A stretch of DNA of 64,000 bases. Source: Oligoflexales bacterium (GTDB taxonomy: Bacteria > Bdellovibrionota_B > Oligoflexia > Oligoflexales > Bog-1112). Where the stretch lies: the NCBI GenBank assembly GCA_045105515.1, contig JBGCDR010000177.1, positions 32,001 through 96,000 on the forward strand, read 5' to 3'. Positions 17,684-27,971 of the stretch are shown here, one piece after another. Each line of letters opens with the position of its first letter. Positions within the stretch are counted from its first letter, which is position 1. The notes beneath the pieces were generated by a model that made no database searches, was not told the origin of the DNA, and worked only from the letters and a program-made list of their open reading frames with translations. A program made the translations under genes and the position numbers.

Positions 17684-18883
17684 TTATATTGTAAGCAAGG
17701 TATCGATGCATTTGTCTAAAGAGAAAAAATTCTTGTAGGTTTGTATCGCATTTTTACTTAAAGCTTCTCTAGCTTGTGGACTTATAATTAAGTCTTCTGT
17801 AATCCTTAAAAATAAGTCATTTTTTTGTACTGGAACCAGTTTTACGCAAGAGCTTTTTTCCCAAATCATTTCTGTATTGGGCCCCAAAGTGGTTATGATA
17901 GGTTTGCCGTGGGACAAGCCGACCATCGCACTTGTTCGGCTGGTATCGACGCCTCGTGGATAGGGTTGAACCATAAGATCGCATGCCTGTAGGTGTGCTG
18001 AAAGGGCTGCCATATCAAGCTCTCCAGCTTTTTCTAGTTGAGCTTCCAATTGAGGAAAGTCTTTTTTCAATTGAACCACAAACTCATCGCTGCCACGTCC
18101 TAAAAATAACCAAACTCTGTCTGGGTGACTCAGAAGGCCGGGAATCAATTTTCTAATTTTCTTGTTAATACCCTTGTCATAGAAGCTTCCAAAAGTTCCA
18201 ATTACAGCTTTCGCATGAGGAGCAAAGGCTTTTCTCAAGTTTATAGCTCTTTGCCTGTTTTCCATCCAGAGCACATTACTAGGTACAGGTAGCCAAATGA
18301 TTTGTTTTATTTTAGGCTTACTCAGCCCTTGGAGAAGTGGTATCCAATTAGGAGTAGATACAAAAATTTCTTGGCTAAGACCGATGGTTTTTTTTAGCTT
18401 GGCTCTCTCTTTTGTTCTTTTCCAGTAGCGACCAAGAGCGAGTAATTTCCTCTCAGCTTTTGATGTGGTTCGATGGACAACCAAGCCAATACGATCGCCT
18501 CTGTTGTAGCTTTTTTCCATCCAGCTTTGAAGAGGCAGGTTCAAGGCATCTCCAAATGCATCAGGAGTATACTGGATCAAGATGCGTTTTCGGCCACCAA
18601 TGGTCGCGAATTCCCGCTCTAAATGGTCAAAACATTGTTCATCCCATCCCCCTGGAAGGGCATGAACGATTACGCCCTTTGCCAAGTTTGAGGCTATTCC
18701 AGCACCAGATGCATGGCCAAACCAGACATGCACATCCTGCTGTGACCGCTGAAGTCCTAGACTTATATTGATCGTGTGAGCCCCAATACTACTTTTAAAG
18801 CTCGGTTCGAATGCTGATAGTAAATGCCAGCTGCAGGGAACATCGTCCGATTCGTTTACAAGATCATTACCCAAGGTTTTCAC
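17684..18883 (-). CDS. Glycosyltransferase family 4 (GT-B)
   Basis: IQYTP, LPVPSNV, IGTFG, ACDLMVQPY..G..TSRTS..HGKPIITT. Confidence 0.75.
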   Translation of the reverse strand: MKTLGNDLVNESDDVPCSWHLLSAFEPSFKSSIGAHTINISLGLQRSQQDVHVWFGHASGAGIASNLAKGVIVHALPGGWDEQCFDHLEREFATIGGRKRILIQYTPDAFGDALNLPLQSWMEKSYNRGDRIGLVVHRTTSKAERKLLALGRYWKRTKERAKLKKTIGLSQEIFVSTPNWIPLLQGLSKPKIKQIIWLPVPSNVLWMENRQRAINLRKAFAPHAKAVIGTFGSFYDKGINKKIRKLIPGLLSHPDRVWLFLGRGSDEFVVQLKKDFPQLEAQLEKAGELDMAALSAHLQACDLMVQPYPRGVDTSRTSAMVGLSHGKPIITTLGPNTEMIWEKSSCVKLVPVQKNDLFLRITEDLIISPQAREALSKNAIQTYKNFFSLDKCIDTLLTI

Positions 18884-18921
18884 TTTCTGTTTAAGCTGTG
18901 AATGGCAAAGTCAACAAAGCT

Positions 18922-19473
18922 TTATCTATCAAGCTTTATCTGTTTAAGTCCATCTTGAACCCAATGATGGATCAAATTTCTTTCTGCCTTGGATAGGCCT
19001 GCTTGCCAAAAGATGATGGTCCACCACGGAGGAGGCATGGAACCTTGGCAGATGCTTTGGTCAAGATCAAGCAATGATTTGAGAATGGATTTTGTACCGA
19101 TGAAAGGAAAGCCAACGCTAAGATCAAGAGCCTTGAGAGCTCTTTTAAAATTTCTATTTATTAGCTTATTAATGACAGGCATCTTAAAATACCATTTTAT
19201 TTTATGATTAGGTGTGTGGCAGCCAAAGCATTTGCGTGAAAATATCGGCTCTATTTCATGGATATAATCCTTTTCAAGTGAGCTTATGACTGAATAGGAT
19301 GGAACATTGTGTATACCTTCAACGAATGCCGATGCAGGTTTTTTAGGTAATGAACTATGCCCAACTGAGAAAGCTAGGGTAGGAGCAACAATGAATAATG
19401 CTTGGATAATGTGAATTACGAGCTTTTGTAGATTGTGAGAATAAGTATTGTTGAGTCTAAGTAGTTTTTCCAT
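18922..19473 (-). CDS. Periplasmic haem-binding (c-type cytochrome, Haem_bd-like) protein
   Basis: CxxCH (CFGCH), WY..P, distal GSMPP, LSKAER..IHHW. Confidence 0.75.
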   Translation of the reverse strand: MEKLLRLNNTYSHNLQKLVIHIIQALFIVAPTLAFSVGHSSLPKKPASAFVEGIHNVPSYSVISSLEKDYIHEIEPIFSRKCFGCHTPNHKIKWYFKMPVINKLINRNFKRALKALDLSVGFPFIGTKSILKSLLDLDQSICQGSMPPPWWTIIFWQAGLSKAERNLIHHWVQDGLKQIKLDR

Positions 19474-19485
19474 TGACCATCAGTT

Positions 19486-20007
19486 TCAGGAAGCTTGGCT
19501 GCCATCATCATCTTTGGGCTCAGGGCTGCTGCCTTGTTTACCTGCTAAAGTGTCGGATAGATCATTTAAATCTTGAGCAAGCTCTTCGAAAGCATCACCT
19601 TTGCGTAGGATTGTTTTTGCAAAAAACTCACCTTTTCCTAAAGCTTTTACATGCCTACGAAAAGCATAAGTAGGGCCTATCATCTTGTGGGTATACCATA
19701 CGGAAATAGTCAAATTAATAGCAATGTAGAGAGAAATAGTAAGGAGAATCCACCAGGACATGTCCTGGACGTAATTAAGCAGGACTTCTTCAACTTCATC
19801 TTCAACATCTGTTAGCTGTACGATCAACGAGACTATCTCGCCCATCTTAACATAAACAATACTAACCAATGAGGTTAGAAGCAGGATTGCTAGTAGGACC
19901 ATGTAAGCACCTAGCCTAATCTGAATATTGGGCATCAAAAGGAAGTTTTTTATCCTGCGCGCTGACCTGCCTTGTTCTCCACTTCGGGTTTCGGTGTTTT
20001 CGCCCAT
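19486..20007 (-). CDS. Two-TM protein with HAMP-like C-terminus
   Basis: Two TM helices followed by THKMIGP...LRKGDAFEELAQDLN. Confidence 0.7.
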   Translation of the reverse strand: MGENTETRSGEQGRSARRIKNFLLMPNIQIRLGAYMVLLAILLLTSLVSIVYVKMGEIVSLIVQLTDVEDEVEEVLLNYVQDMSWWILLTISLYIAINLTISVWYTHKMIGPTYAFRRHVKALGKGEFFAKTILRKGDAFEELAQDLNDLSDTLAGKQGSSPEPKDDDGSQAS

Positions 20008-20030
20008 ATCAAGTGTTCCTATATAGTTTA

Positions 20031-21002
20031 TTAAAAAGCATTGAAATCAAAAGTTAGTTTGCCGACCATGTTGCGACCAATTGAAAATTGCATCCCTTTC
20101 AGTTCCTGATGAATACAGTTTACTAGCTGAGAGTCATTAAGTGTTCCGCCGATATGACGAATTTTGCTCATCGTTCCTGTACTTTTTACTAGAATGAATC
20201 CATATACGATTTTACCACGTAGATTTCCTGTGTCATCTAGGCGGTTTTTGTAGCACTTACGAAAATATGGGTCATGGGAAACTATAATTTGATTCACAGC
20301 TCTTGCTTTATTATTGTCCTTAAGCAAGTCCAGAGTCCATTTCAATGAAATTGTTCTGATCATCCGTGTTTGAACTCTTAATTCGTCCTTTTTTTCATAG
20401 TTATTTTTAGCTTTTTCGATGAGTTGCTTACCCGCTAAGACCTTTTGGACTGCACCTGTAAAACCGTTGAAAACAGCAGCTGCAGAATCTTCTGCACGAT
20501 TTCCGTTTGACTTATAGGTGTTTTTACCCATACGGAACTTGACATCTAAACTATTTTTGTTTTTCAGGCTGACTTTCCATTTACCAAAATTAGAAATGCT
20601 TAATCTTTTTACAAGCAGACTTCTGCGGTTTTTACGACTTGACTTCCAAATCAACCTAGCAGATCCCGTGGTGACTTCTATTGCAACAATGAAATATTTT
20701 CCTGATGGCACTTTCCAAACAGAAGGAGAAGTTCCTGGCTCAAATTTATCAAAACTCTCAGTGAGCTTGAACTTTTTCTTGCTTAGAGGATTATAAAAAA
20801 TCAATGAAACCTTAGTATTGACATTTAGTTTTGATCCTAGGCCTTGTGGCTCAAGATAAACATAGAAAGCACCTTCCTTTTTGCTAAAATATTCACCTTG
20901 CCATGAGAAAATATTTGCCAATGCAGCAAAAGATTGCTGTTGTGAAAGTAAAAGCAAGTTGATGCTTATTACAATTTTTGATGCTTTTAGGAAGAAAGAC
21001 AT
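20031..21002 (-). CDS. Exported protein with AgmX/PglI C-terminal (TonB-C-like) domain
   Basis: Signal peptide ending SFA; C-terminal FRKCYKNRL...LRGKIVYGF...G...LVNCI...F pattern. Confidence 0.65.
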   Translation of the reverse strand: MSFFLKASKIVISINLLLLSQQQSFAALANIFSWQGEYFSKKEGAFYVYLEPQGLGSKLNVNTKVSLIFYNPLSKKKFKLTESFDKFEPGTSPSVWKVPSGKYFIVAIEVTTGSARLIWKSSRKNRRSLLVKRLSISNFGKWKVSLKNKNSLDVKFRMGKNTYKSNGNRAEDSAAAVFNGFTGAVQKVLAGKQLIEKAKNNYEKKDELRVQTRMIRTISLKWTLDLLKDNNKARAVNQIIVSHDPYFRKCYKNRLDDTGNLRGKIVYGFILVKSTGTMSKIRHIGGTLNDSQLVNCIHQELKGMQFSIGRNMVGKLTFDFNAF

Positions 21003-21043
21003 AAGTGTGATTAGAGTTGTTGAGTTGTTTAATACTGAGGATT

Positions 21044-22381
21044 TTATTCTACCACACTTTGTACAACTTTGGTTTTTTTTAATGTAAGGTAATTAAATAC
21101 CCACCTTTTGATTGTGATCCCATCAGGATCGCTCATGTAAAAAGTTGTCGCAAACGCTATAAAGATACTTGCAGGAATGATGCCTAAGCCAAACCGATAT
21201 GATGAATCCAAGTATACTTCGAAGCCATCAAGTACCCCGGTCCCTTCGTCTGATGAGATCATGATACCAATTAGGGTCTGCAAAATAGGTGCAGCCAACA
21301 TCATTATCATATTTGTGGCTCCGATTGCAGCTCCTCCAATCCTATTGGGAATGGATTTAGCAATCAAAGTAAAGCTTAGCTGATAAGCTGCTGAGCAAAA
21401 ACCCATTAAAAAAGCAAGAAGGTACAGTGAAGAAATGGAAAGGTTTAGGTAAAGAAAAAAAATTGAGAAAGTGAAGCTTAACCCACTTCCTAAACTCATG
21501 ATTGAAGCAACACTAAATTTTTTTGCTAACCATCCTATTACTAGGCTACAAATAGCAATGCCGATATAAATTGTTGAACTAATTGAAGTTGCTTTTACTA
21601 TATCAAGCTTATAAGCGCTACTCAGGAAAGGAATCGACCATAGAGCCACGAAAACTGAAACAATGGTGAATACTCCAGCACTATACATGCCTGCAAGCCA
21701 AACTTCGCGACGTCTTAGAACTTCTTGCAAGTCTCCTAAAACTCTGTTTGCTGTTCGTACTGAGCTTTTACCCTTCTGGTCAATATCTTCTAAGTGCATT
21801 ACCATAACGAGTAGCTGACCGATTGCAAGTAGGGCACAAAAGCCTAAGGCAACCCTCCATCCAAACCGTAATGTGATAATAGAGAGAATATTGTTGCTTG
21901 TTGCCACCCCAACCATGCAAAGACATTCGGCAATTGCCGCGATTGCTGCAAATTGCCTCAGAGGAAACCACATTTTAATGCCAAACATTAAACCTACAAA
22001 ACCAAAAGATGCTCCGAATCCTATTACGACCCGACTCAATATCGCAGTTTCTAGGTTGGGAGAAAATGCTAGGCCCAAACACCCTAGTACAAGTATTGAG
22101 TTTGCAATAATGGCTACGCGCCTAATCCCAAAACGGTCATAAATCATTCCAGCAGGTATCTGCATAAGAATATAGGAAATAAAAAAACTCGATGAGAGTA
22201 GGCTGACACCAGTAGCATCAGTATTGAAACTATCTTTGATACCCTCTGCAATTACTCCTACCGAACCTTGCAGGAGAAGTTGGAGTACGCTGTAAAAACT
22301 CATGATTGACCAGGCCACCCATGATGCAGGGTTTCTCAGCATCTCTTCTTTGACTCTCAATCTACCAATTATTACCTTCAT
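21044..22381 (-). CDS. MFS transporter
   Basis: About 12 TM helices, motif A GMIYDRFGIRR, WFP. Start uncertain (22414, 22381 or 22342). Confidence 0.88.
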   Translation of the reverse strand: MKVIIGRLRVKEEMLRNPASWVAWSIMSFYSVLQLLLQGSVGVIAEGIKDSFNTDATGVSLLSSSFFISYILMQIPAGMIYDRFGIRRVAIIANSILVLGCLGLAFSPNLETAILSRVVIGFGASFGFVGLMFGIKMWFPLRQFAAIAAIAECLCMVGVATSNNILSIITLRFGWRVALGFCALLAIGQLLVMVMHLEDIDQKGKSSVRTANRVLGDLQEVLRRREVWLAGMYSAGVFTIVSVFVALWSIPFLSSAYKLDIVKATSISSTIYIGIAICSLVIGWLAKKFSVASIMSLGSGLSFTFSIFFLYLNLSISSLYLLAFLMGFCSAAYQLSFTLIAKSIPNRIGGAAIGATNMIMMLAAPILQTLIGIMISSDEGTGVLDGFEVYLDSSYRFGLGIIPASIFIAFATTFYMSDPDGITIKRWVFNYLTLKKTKVVQSVVE

Positions 22382-22862
22382 CTTTGTCCCCCATAAAAAA
22401 CTGTTTATGGACAAAAAATTTTAAAATAATGGCCGAAAAAATAGGTTCAAAGAAAGTCGTATTTTACCGAATTATTGTAAATTTGATAATTCGTAAACTA
22501 TCGAATAATTTGGTGATTATGCTTGTATTTAAAAAAAGCCTAAACGGGAGAAGGCAAACTTAATAAAGCTGTGCAATCACATAGATGAGTTGTAACTACT
22601 TTTCTTTTTCTCACTACTCTAAGACCGATATCAGTCTCAGCAATAAGAGAAATTCTTCAAATAATCAATCCTTTTTTTTTCAAAATAGCTAAAAAAAAAT
22701 GAACCGTATAAGTACCTATATTTAAGAATATAAATTGGGGGGAGGCATATGAAAACAGTCATAGGTATATGGAAGCTAAATCCGAACTTGGGCAAAACTT
22801 TTATGGAAGCTAGAGCACTACCTCTTATTTTGTCCAGCTGGCCAAGGCCCTATGAGGGCTCT

Positions 22863-23123
22863 CTATCTGAGATCATTAGCTTGATGATTAAACTTGGGTA
22901 ATCCTGCGATCTGATCAACAGCAAGAATATTGATAGACTGATCTTCTTGGTGGAAAAAAATTTTTGCTGTCCCGTTTTGCAGTTCCTTCGTTACAGCAGA
23001 AACCTTTTCATCAAGAGAAAACTCGAGCATTCCATAGTCGGTGCCTTCGCGACTACAGTACTCTTCTACAAGGCCAACAATAGCCTCTTCACTAAGCTTG
23101 TGCATGGGGACTTCAACGTACAT
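22863..23123 (-). CDS. yheU: YheU (UPF0270) family protein
   Basis: VPMHKLSEEA...EEYCSREGTDYG..E.SL..KV signature. Confidence 0.85.
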   Translation of the reverse strand: MYVEVPMHKLSEEAIVGLVEEYCSREGTDYGMLEFSLDEKVSAVTKELQNGTAKIFFHQEDQSINILAVDQIAGLPKFNHQANDLR

Positions 23124-23401
23124 ATGTCATATCTCACTTAGAATATCTTGATATCTATGATAAAAATTTATTAAATTGAACTATAAATAATAAAATAGAC
23201 TAAATAAATTCATTTTATTTAAAATGCATTGATATATAAAGTAAAAATATCATCATTTATATTAAAATAATAAAAAATCAATATATTTTATTATACAATC
23301 TATTCTTATTTAAAAAAATTAATGGTAATTTCAATTTATAAATTTTACTCCCTTAAATCATATATTTTATATTTATCTCAATCTTGAACTGCAATCTAAG
23401 C

Positions 23402-23428
23402 TAAACCTTCAGCCCCCCTAGTCGATGA
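23402..23428 (+). promoter_or_regulatory. Sigma-28 (FliA) promoter of flagellin
   Basis: TAAA(23402-05)-N15-GTCGATGA(23421-28) matches TAAA-N15-GCCGATAA, 75 nt upstream of fliC. Confidence 0.85.
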
Positions 23429-23502
23429 TTCTGGTGTGATTATTATTACATGCCCAGTCAAATCACAAGATGTGGTTTTAAAGGACAGACAGGAGGTTTA
23501 AG

Positions 23503-24420
23503 ATGGGTTTGCGCATAAATACTAATGTTAGTTCAATTAACTCCCAAAGACAATTAGGGAAAACCACCCGAAAGCTGCAGGCCTCGATGGCAAAACTGTC
23601 TTCTGGTGAGCGAATCAATCGCTCTGCAGATGATGCAGCTGGACTAGCTGTATCAGAAAATTTGAAAGCGGATATACGTTCTTTGAATATGGCAAAGCGT
23701 AATTCAAACGATGGTATTTCACTCGTTCAAACTGCTGAAGGTGGTCTGATGGAAGTAAGTTCCATGCTAGTTAGACTAAGAGAACTAGCGATTCAAGCTG
23801 CTTCTGATACAATTGGCAATCGTGAAAGAGAGTTTGTTGATAAAGAATTCTTACAGTTAAAAGATGAGATTGATCGAATTGCAGCTTCCACCGAATTTAA
23901 CGGAACGCGCTTATTAGTAGGCCAAAAAGAGCTGGCAGAGGATATGGGTAACAATGACAATCCGTTTCCTCTTGAAATTCAGGTTAGTAAAGACTACTAC
24001 CCAGAAACTGACGCCATTGATGCGCGTAACCCAGTGAACATTATCAAGATTGATTTTGGTAATATAAATGCCTTTACTTCTGGAGAAGGTTCTCTGGGTC
24101 TTGGAGAGCATGAAGAGGGAACTAGGGTTAACAATAAACAAAATGCTCAACAGAGTATTGCAACTATTGATCAAGCGATCTTCAAGGTAAACGACTATCG
24201 TTCTTATTTAGGATCAGTTCAAAACCGTCTTACCTCTTCGGTAAGAAACTTAGAGGTGCAGTCTGAAAACCTAAGCGAAGCACGAAGCCGCATCAGAGAC
24301 ACAGATTTTGCTTCTGAAACTGCGAAGTTAACGCAACAAAACATCTTGCAGCAGGCAGGAACATCGGTTTTGTCGAATGCCAATAGTCAGCCTCAAATTG
24401 CATTAAGTCTTCTAGGCTAA
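23503..24420 (+). CDS. fliC: Flagellin
   Basis: MGLRINTN, LSSGERINRSADDAAGLA, QTAEG, SRIRDTDFASE, QIALSLLG. Confidence 0.97.
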   Translation: MGLRINTNVSSINSQRQLGKTTRKLQASMAKLSSGERINRSADDAAGLAVSENLKADIRSLNMAKRNSNDGISLVQTAEGGLMEVSSMLVRLRELAIQAASDTIGNREREFVDKEFLQLKDEIDRIAASTEFNGTRLLVGQKELAEDMGNNDNPFPLEIQVSKDYYPETDAIDARNPVNIIKIDFGNINAFTSGEGSLGLGEHEEGTRVNNKQNAQQSIATIDQAIFKVNDYRSYLGSVQNRLTSSVRNLEVQSENLSEARSRIRDTDFASETAKLTQQNILQQAGTSVLSNANSQPQIALSLLG

Positions 24421-24429
24421 GCGGGATTT

Positions 24430-24460
24430 AGGAATGGGCATAATTTAATGCCCATTCTTA
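24430..24460. terminator. Bidirectional terminator hairpin between fliC and pdhC
   Basis: Perfect 10-bp stem gaatgggcat/atgcccattc between convergent genes. Confidence 0.75.
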
Positions 24461-24463
24461 TTC

Positions 24464-25723
24464 CTAGCTCATCATGAAAAGTGGATTCTCAAGGTAAGAG
24501 ATTAAAGTCTCGAGGAATTTAGCCCCTACCATCCCATCAACTACCCGATGATCGCAAGATAGGGTCATTTTCATACGAGTTTGCACCACCAGCTCACCGC
24601 TTTTGTTCACATGAGGAGTGGGTTTACTGGTGCCAATTGCTAAAATACATGCCTGAGGGGGGTTGATAATTGCAGTAAACGATTCAACTGCGGTCATTCC
24701 AAGGTTAGAAATAGTAAAGGTTCCACCACTATACTCTTCTGGCTGGAGCTTTCCATCTTTTGCTTTGCCTGCCAGTTCCTTAGTCATTTTTGCGATGGTA
24801 CGTGCACCTAAGGTTTCAGTGTATGGAATTACTGGAGTGATAAGTCCTGTAGGCAGCGCAACTGCCATGGCGATGTGAATATTCCCATGTTCAAGGATGT
24901 AATCGTCATACCATGAAGCATTTACTTCTGGGTGCTTTTTCAATGCTTTTGCAGTTGCCATAATGATAAGATCGTTGAGGCTCACTTTAGGAAGCTCTTT
25001 GTTAACAACTTTGGGGTCTTGGTTAAGCCTTGCCCGCCATTCTGCCATCGCAGTCATGTCAGCCGAAACCGTCAAGTAAAAATGAGGTGCCTCGTTCTTA
25101 CCGGCCAATAGTCTTTTTGCTATGGTTTTTCGCATCATTGAATGTGGTTTTTTAACATCAGCAGCCGCATCTTTTAGCGCGCTAAGCTGACCTTGGCTTG
25201 TTCCTTGACTAGATTGTGAACCTAGATCTCTTTGAATAATTCTTCCGTTAGGGCCAGAACCTTCGATGCTCCCCAGATCAATTCCCTTATCAGCAGCTAT
25301 TTTCTTTGCTAAAGGAGATGCTTTGATACGACTGGAATTTGTTTCTGGTGATCCTGAATTGGTCTGGGTTTGGCTTCTAGTTTCTGCGGATTTTGGCTTT
25401 TGTTCATGCTCGGAAGTCGTTTCTAACTTTTCCTGAGGAGTCTCTTGGCTTTCGCTGGCTAGCTCATTTAAGTTGAAAGCTTCCCCCTGGGTACCCATCA
25501 CTGCAATGGGCTTGCGTAGTGGTACGGTTGACCCTTCCTTTACCAATATTTTTAGCAAAGTCCCCTCTTCAGGGCTTGCATATTCCATGGTGGCTTTATC
25601 AGTTTCAATAGCTAAAAGAAGTTCACCTTCTTCGACAAAGTCCCCTTCTTTTTTGAACCATTCTGAAACTCCGCCTTCCTCCATCGTGTCACTCAATTTT
25701 GGCATATCAATTAATATCGCCAT
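24464..25723 (-). CDS. pdhC: Pyruvate dehydrogenase E2, dihydrolipoamide acetyltransferase
   Basis: Lipoyl domain MPKLSDTMEEG..IETDKATME, E3-binding ASPLAKK..GSGPNGRI, catalytic DHRVVDG. Confidence 0.95.
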   Translation of the reverse strand: MAILIDMPKLSDTMEEGGVSEWFKKEGDFVEEGELLLAIETDKATMEYASPEEGTLLKILVKEGSTVPLRKPIAVMGTQGEAFNLNELASESQETPQEKLETTSEHEQKPKSAETRSQTQTNSGSPETNSSRIKASPLAKKIAADKGIDLGSIEGSGPNGRIIQRDLGSQSSQGTSQGQLSALKDAAADVKKPHSMMRKTIAKRLLAGKNEAPHFYLTVSADMTAMAEWRARLNQDPKVVNKELPKVSLNDLIIMATAKALKKHPEVNASWYDDYILEHGNIHIAMAVALPTGLITPVIPYTETLGARTIAKMTKELAGKAKDGKLQPEEYSGGTFTISNLGMTAVESFTAIINPPQACILAIGTSKPTPHVNKSGELVVQTRMKMTLSCDHRVVDGMVGAKFLETLISYLENPLFMMS

Positions 25724-25751
25724 TTTGATACTTCTCCCCTATGTTAATAGC

Positions 25752-26732
25752 TTAGTTGCGGTAACATACTTTCTTTACGGCTTTGATTAGGTCCTCTTTG
25801 CTCGGCAGAGCTTCCTCTTCAAGATTTTCTGCATAGGGGACGGGAACCGGTTTTTGGGAAACTCTCTCTATGGGGGCATCAAGCTCATCAAAACAAGCAG
25901 ATTGGATTCTGTCAGAAATCTGCGAACCTACGGAAGAAAAAGGCCAGTTTTCTTCGAAAATTACAACTCTATGGGTCTTGCGCACTGAGGTAAATATGAT
26001 CTCTTCATCTAGAGGTACCAAGGTGCGAGGATCCACAAGCTCAACAGAAATTCCATCTGATTCAAGCTCTTTCACTGCTTCTAAAGCTTTATGTAAGATT
26101 TTCCCCCAGCTTATCAAAGTTATATCGTTGCCTTGGTGTTTCACTTCTCCTTTGCCAAGGGGTATCAGATGCTCGCCATCTGGAACATCGCCTTTAAAGC
26201 CGTACATCATTTCACTTTCAAGGAAAATAACAGGACTGTCATCCCGGATGGCAGATTTTAGTAAACCTTTGGCATCGCTAGGGGTTGCTATGGAGATGAC
26301 TTTGAGTCCAGGTACATTGCATAGCATTGGATCAACATTTTGGGAGTGTTGAGCTGAAAGCATATGCGCAGCTCCATTTGGTCCCCTAAAAACAATTGGA
26401 ATAGGAAACTGCCCACCGGACATATAGTTCATTTTAGCAGCATGGTTGATAATCTGATCGAAGGCTTGAATTCCAAAGTTCCAGGTCATCATTTCTATGA
26501 TAGGCCTTAGACCAGCCATTGCTGCGCCTACACCAAGTCCTGCAAAACCCCCTTCGGAGATTGGTGAGTCTATGACACGTCGAGAGCCAAACTTTTCCAG
26601 CATACCTTTAGAAACCTTGTATGCACCATTGTACTCCGCAACCTCCTCGCCCATCAAAAAAATGTTAGCATCCCGTTGCATTTCTTCGATCATCGCTTCG
26701 TTAAGAGCTTCGCGTATGGTTTTAATTGCCAT
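25752..26732 (-). CDS. pdhB: Pyruvate dehydrogenase E1 beta
   Basis: GEEVAEYNGAYKVS, DSPISE, AQHSQ, ELDAP. Start moved to ATG 26732. Confidence 0.95.
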   Translation of the reverse strand: MAIKTIREALNEAMIEEMQRDANIFLMGEEVAEYNGAYKVSKGMLEKFGSRRVIDSPISEGGFAGLGVGAAMAGLRPIIEMMTWNFGIQAFDQIINHAAKMNYMSGGQFPIPIVFRGPNGAAHMLSAQHSQNVDPMLCNVPGLKVISIATPSDAKGLLKSAIRDDSPVIFLESEMMYGFKGDVPDGEHLIPLGKGEVKHQGNDITLISWGKILHKALEAVKELESDGISVELVDPRTLVPLDEEIIFTSVRKTHRVVIFEENWPFSSVGSQISDRIQSACFDELDAPIERVSQKPVPVPYAENLEEEALPSKEDLIKAVKKVCYRN

Positions 26733-26785
26733 GGTTAAGCCTTTATGTAGAGAAAATCTGTTAATAAATTTTTTCTTGTTGAAGT

Positions 26786-27769
26786 TTACCCAAAAACATG
26801 TAGCCAAACCTCATCAGGGGATGGTGCAGGAGCTTTATCTGCGATCTGCTCTGCAGACTTAACTTGCTCTTTCGCTTCTTTGTCCCAAGTTTTTAAATCT
26901 TCATTGCTCGCAAGTGATTGTTCAACCAGCAAAGCTCCCAGCTGGGTAATTGGATCTTGTTTTTGATACTCTTGTACTTCTTCCTTAGTCCGGTAGGTTG
27001 CAGGGTCGGAAACGGAGTGGCCTTTGTAGCGATAGGTTAGGACCTCAGCCAAATGCGGTTTGCGGTCTTGGCGCATTTGGTCGATGATAGGTTTCATGTG
27101 CCCGTAAACAGTCATACAGTTCATGCCGTCAACCTGCGAATGATCCATATCAAAAGCTAATGCACGTTTATATAGATGGTCAACACTGGTAGTACGATGA
27201 ATTTCAGTACCCATGCCATATTGATTATTTTCAATGACAAATAAAACCGGAAGGGACCAAGTAGCAGCCATATTCATAGCTTCAAATACTTGTCCTTGAT
27301 TCATAGCTGCATCGCCTAAATAACAAACCATTACTGCAGACTCTTCTTTGTACTTGATCGCAAATGCAGTCCCTACAGCGATAGGAGCCTGAGCTCCTAC
27401 AATTCCATGCCCACCAAAGAAACGCTTTTCTTTGCTAAACATATGCATTGAGCCACCTTTTCCGCGCGAGCAGCCAGTGGCCTTGCCAAAAAGTTCGGAA
27501 AAGACTTGTTCTGCTGGGATACCCTTCGCAATTGCCTGGGTGTGTGAACGGTAGGCTGATATGCAGTAGTCTTGATCATTCATAGCATGCTGAACTCCCA
27601 CGCATACTGCTTCTTGGCCGATATGGAGGTGGAGAAAACCTGAAAACTTTTGTTTCGTATAGGCTATATTTGCTCTCTCTTCGAAACGACGATAAAAAAG
27701 CATTTCTTTGTACATGGTAAGCATATCAGGAGCGGTGACCTTACTTTTACTATCTGTTTTTGGCATCAT
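26786..27769 (-). CDS. pdhA: Pyruvate dehydrogenase E1 alpha
   Basis: GFLHLHIGQEA, GKGGSMH, GGHGIVG, TPP motif GDAA..NN, YRYKGHSVSDP. ATG 27769 has SD GAGG. Confidence 0.95.
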   Translation of the reverse strand: MMPKTDSKSKVTAPDMLTMYKEMLFYRRFEERANIAYTKQKFSGFLHLHIGQEAVCVGVQHAMNDQDYCISAYRSHTQAIAKGIPAEQVFSELFGKATGCSRGKGGSMHMFSKEKRFFGGHGIVGAQAPIAVGTAFAIKYKEESAVMVCYLGDAAMNQGQVFEAMNMAATWSLPVLFVIENNQYGMGTEIHRTTSVDHLYKRALAFDMDHSQVDGMNCMTVYGHMKPIIDQMRQDRKPHLAEVLTYRYKGHSVSDPATYRTKEEVQEYQKQDPITQLGALLVEQSLASNEDLKTWDKEAKEQVKSAEQIADKAPAPSPDEVWLHVFG

Positions 27770-27971
27770 AATCCAAACCTCGCTGCATGTGTATGATGAG
27801 GACAAAAAATCGTCTGAAAATAGGATGGTACCGCATGCAAGTTCAAGCATCCAATATTTAGAACGAAATTCCTTCGTACCTGATTTTTGTCAAAAAATAT
27901 TAGAATAATCTATAGAGAAACCGCAGGATGTTTAAACATAATGAGTGAACAACTGAAACCTCAGTTGTTCA

